A stretch of DNA of 64,000 bases from Mycobacterium sp. (lineage in GTDB: Bacteria; Actinomycetota; Actinomycetes; Mycobacteriales; Mycobacteriaceae): assembly GCF_036490025.1 (NCBI RefSeq), contig NZ_DASXEP010000175.1, positions 54,335 through 118,334 on the forward strand, given 5' to 3'. Below the pieces are notes generated by a model, which made no database searches, was not told the origin of the DNA, and worked only from the letters and a program-made list of their open reading frames with translations. Position numbers and translations under genes: made by a program. The stretch's first letter is position 1. Each line of letters begins with the position of its first letter. Shown one piece after another: positions 62,579-64,000 of the stretch.

Positions 62579-63997
62579 GTGGCAAGACGCGGAAAGATCG
62601 TCTGTACTCTCGGTCCGGCCACCAGCACTGACGAGACGGTCAGGGCTCTGGTCGAAGCCGGAATGGACGTCGCCAGAATGAACTTCAGCCACGGCGATTA
62701 CCGCGATCACAAAGCGTCCTATGACCGGGTGCGCGCCGCCTGTGATGCCACCGGGCGCGCGGTCGGTGTGCTGGCCGACTTGCAGGGCCCCAAGATCAGG
62801 CTCGGTCGTTTTGCCGACGGGCCGACCTATTGGGCCGACGGCGAGACCGTGCGGATCACGGTGGCCGACTGCCCGGGCAACCACGATCGGGTGTCGACCA
62901 CCTACAAGCTGTTGGCTCAAGATGCGCTGCCCGGTGATCGGGTGTTGGTCGATGACGGCAACGTGGGTTTGGTGATCGAGCACATCGACGGTGATGACGT
63001 GGTGTGCCGGGTGACCGAGGGCGGCCCGGTCAGCAACAACAAGGGGATGTCGCTGCCGGGGATGAGTGTGTCGGCGCCGGCGTTGTCGGACAAGGACGTC
63101 GAGGATCTCGAGTTCGCGATGCAGTTGGGCGTCGACATGGTGGCGCTGTCGTTCGTGCGTTCGCCGTCGGATGTCGAGTTGGTTCACCAGGTGATGGACC
63201 GGGTCGGGCGGCGGGTGCCGGTGATCGCCAAGTTGGAGAAGCCCGAAGCCATCGACAATCTCGAAGCGGTGGTGCTGGCTTTCGACGCGGTGATGGTTGC
63301 CCGCGGCGATCTGGGGGTGGAGCTTCCGCTGGAAGAGGTGCCGCTGGTTCAAAAGCGCGCCATCCAAATGGCAAGGGAGAACGCCAAACCGGTGATCGTG
63401 GCGACTCAGATGCTGGAATCGATGATCGAGCATTCCCGCCCGACGAGGGCCGAAGCCTCCGATGTGGCCAACGCGGTGCTCGACGGCGCTGACGCGGTGA
63501 TGCTGTCCGGGGAGACCTCCGTCGGTAAATATCCACTGGCCGCGGTCCAGACGATGGCCCGGATCATCTGTGCCGTCGAGGAGAATTCGACGGCCGCCCC
63601 GCCGCTGACGCATGTGCCGCGCACCAAGCGCGGGGTGATCAGTTACGCCGCCCGCGATATCGGCGAACGCCTTGACGCTAAGGCGCTGGTCGCGTTCACC
63701 CAGTCCGGGGACACGGTTCGGCGGCTGGCCCGGTTGCATACCCCGCTTCCGCTGCTGGCGTTCACCCCGTTGCCTGAAGTGCGCAGTCAACTGGCCATGA
63801 CGTGGGGCACCGAGACGTTCATCGTCCCGATCATCCAAACCACCGACGGCATGATCCGCCAAGTAGACAAGTCTTTGCTGGATCTTGGCCGCTACAAGCG
63901 CGGCGATCTGGTGGTCATCGTCGCCGGCGCACCGCCGGGCACCGTCGGGTCCACCAACCTGATTCACGTACACCGCATCGGCGAAGAGGACGTCTAA
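62579..63997 (+). CDS. pykA: Pyruvate kinase
   Basis: 472 aa, GTG start. Motifs KIVCTLGPA, MNFSHG, VMVARGDLGVE. Confidence 0.95.
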   Translation: MARRGKIVCTLGPATSTDETVRALVEAGMDVARMNFSHGDYRDHKASYDRVRAACDATGRAVGVLADLQGPKIRLGRFADGPTYWADGETVRITVADCPGNHDRVSTTYKLLAQDALPGDRVLVDDGNVGLVIEHIDGDDVVCRVTEGGPVSNNKGMSLPGMSVSAPALSDKDVEDLEFAMQLGVDMVALSFVRSPSDVELVHQVMDRVGRRVPVIAKLEKPEAIDNLEAVVLAFDAVMVARGDLGVELPLEEVPLVQKRAIQMARENAKPVIVATQMLESMIEHSRPTRAEASDVANAVLDGADAVMLSGETSVGKYPLAAVQTMARIICAVEENSTAAPPLTHVPRTKRGVISYAARDIGERLDAKALVAFTQSGDTVRRLARLHTPLPLLAFTPLPEVRSQLAMTWGTETFIVPIIQTTDGMIRQVDKSLLDLGRYKRGDLVVIVAGAPPGTVGSTNLIHVHRIGEEDV

Positions 63998-64000
63998 CTC

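Overview
GC-rich actinobacterial chromosome segment, clearly Mycobacterium-like. From my memory of the M. tuberculosis H37Rv map (to be verified by alignment) it is colinear with Rv1542c (glbN) to Rv1617 (pykA). Most of the window is core metabolism in tightly packed, often start/stop-overlapping operons:
- glbN
- a fatty-acyl-CoA reductase/ketoreductase/SRPBCC trio followed by an MmpL transporter
- dnaE1, fadD11-like ligase, ilvA
- treZ-treY-treX, then the Rv1565c-like acyltransferase and ripD
- bioA-bioF-bioD, and separately bioB-bsaP
- nrtR divergent from nadA-nadB-nadC
- hisD-C-B-H-priA-impA-hisF-hisI
- bcpB, trpE-(membrane protein)-trpC-B-A-lgt, pykA

Accessory insertions relative to the remembered H37Rv order:
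- 9.6-13.5 kb: an MBL hydrolase / PPOX-like / MerR / amidohydrolase / methyltransferase island.
- 15.4-16.6 kb: a membrane desaturase.
- 18.7-19.1 kb: an orphan 141-aa gene.
- 32.6-37.8 kb: an NAD-dependent formate dehydrogenase plus a four-gene membrane-protein/cupredoxin-like-lipoprotein cluster of unknown function, lying in the bioD-bioB gap. This cluster is the best candidate for an undescribed system.
- 53.7-55.3 kb: a REP13E12-type DUF222/HNH gene whose start codon sits inside a near-consensus mycobacterial SOS box.

I saw no rRNA, tRNA, CRISPR array, transposase or integrase. Many long ORFs in the six-frame track are antisense artefacts of the high GC content and were ignored. All family assignments come from reading the translations by eye; no searches were run.
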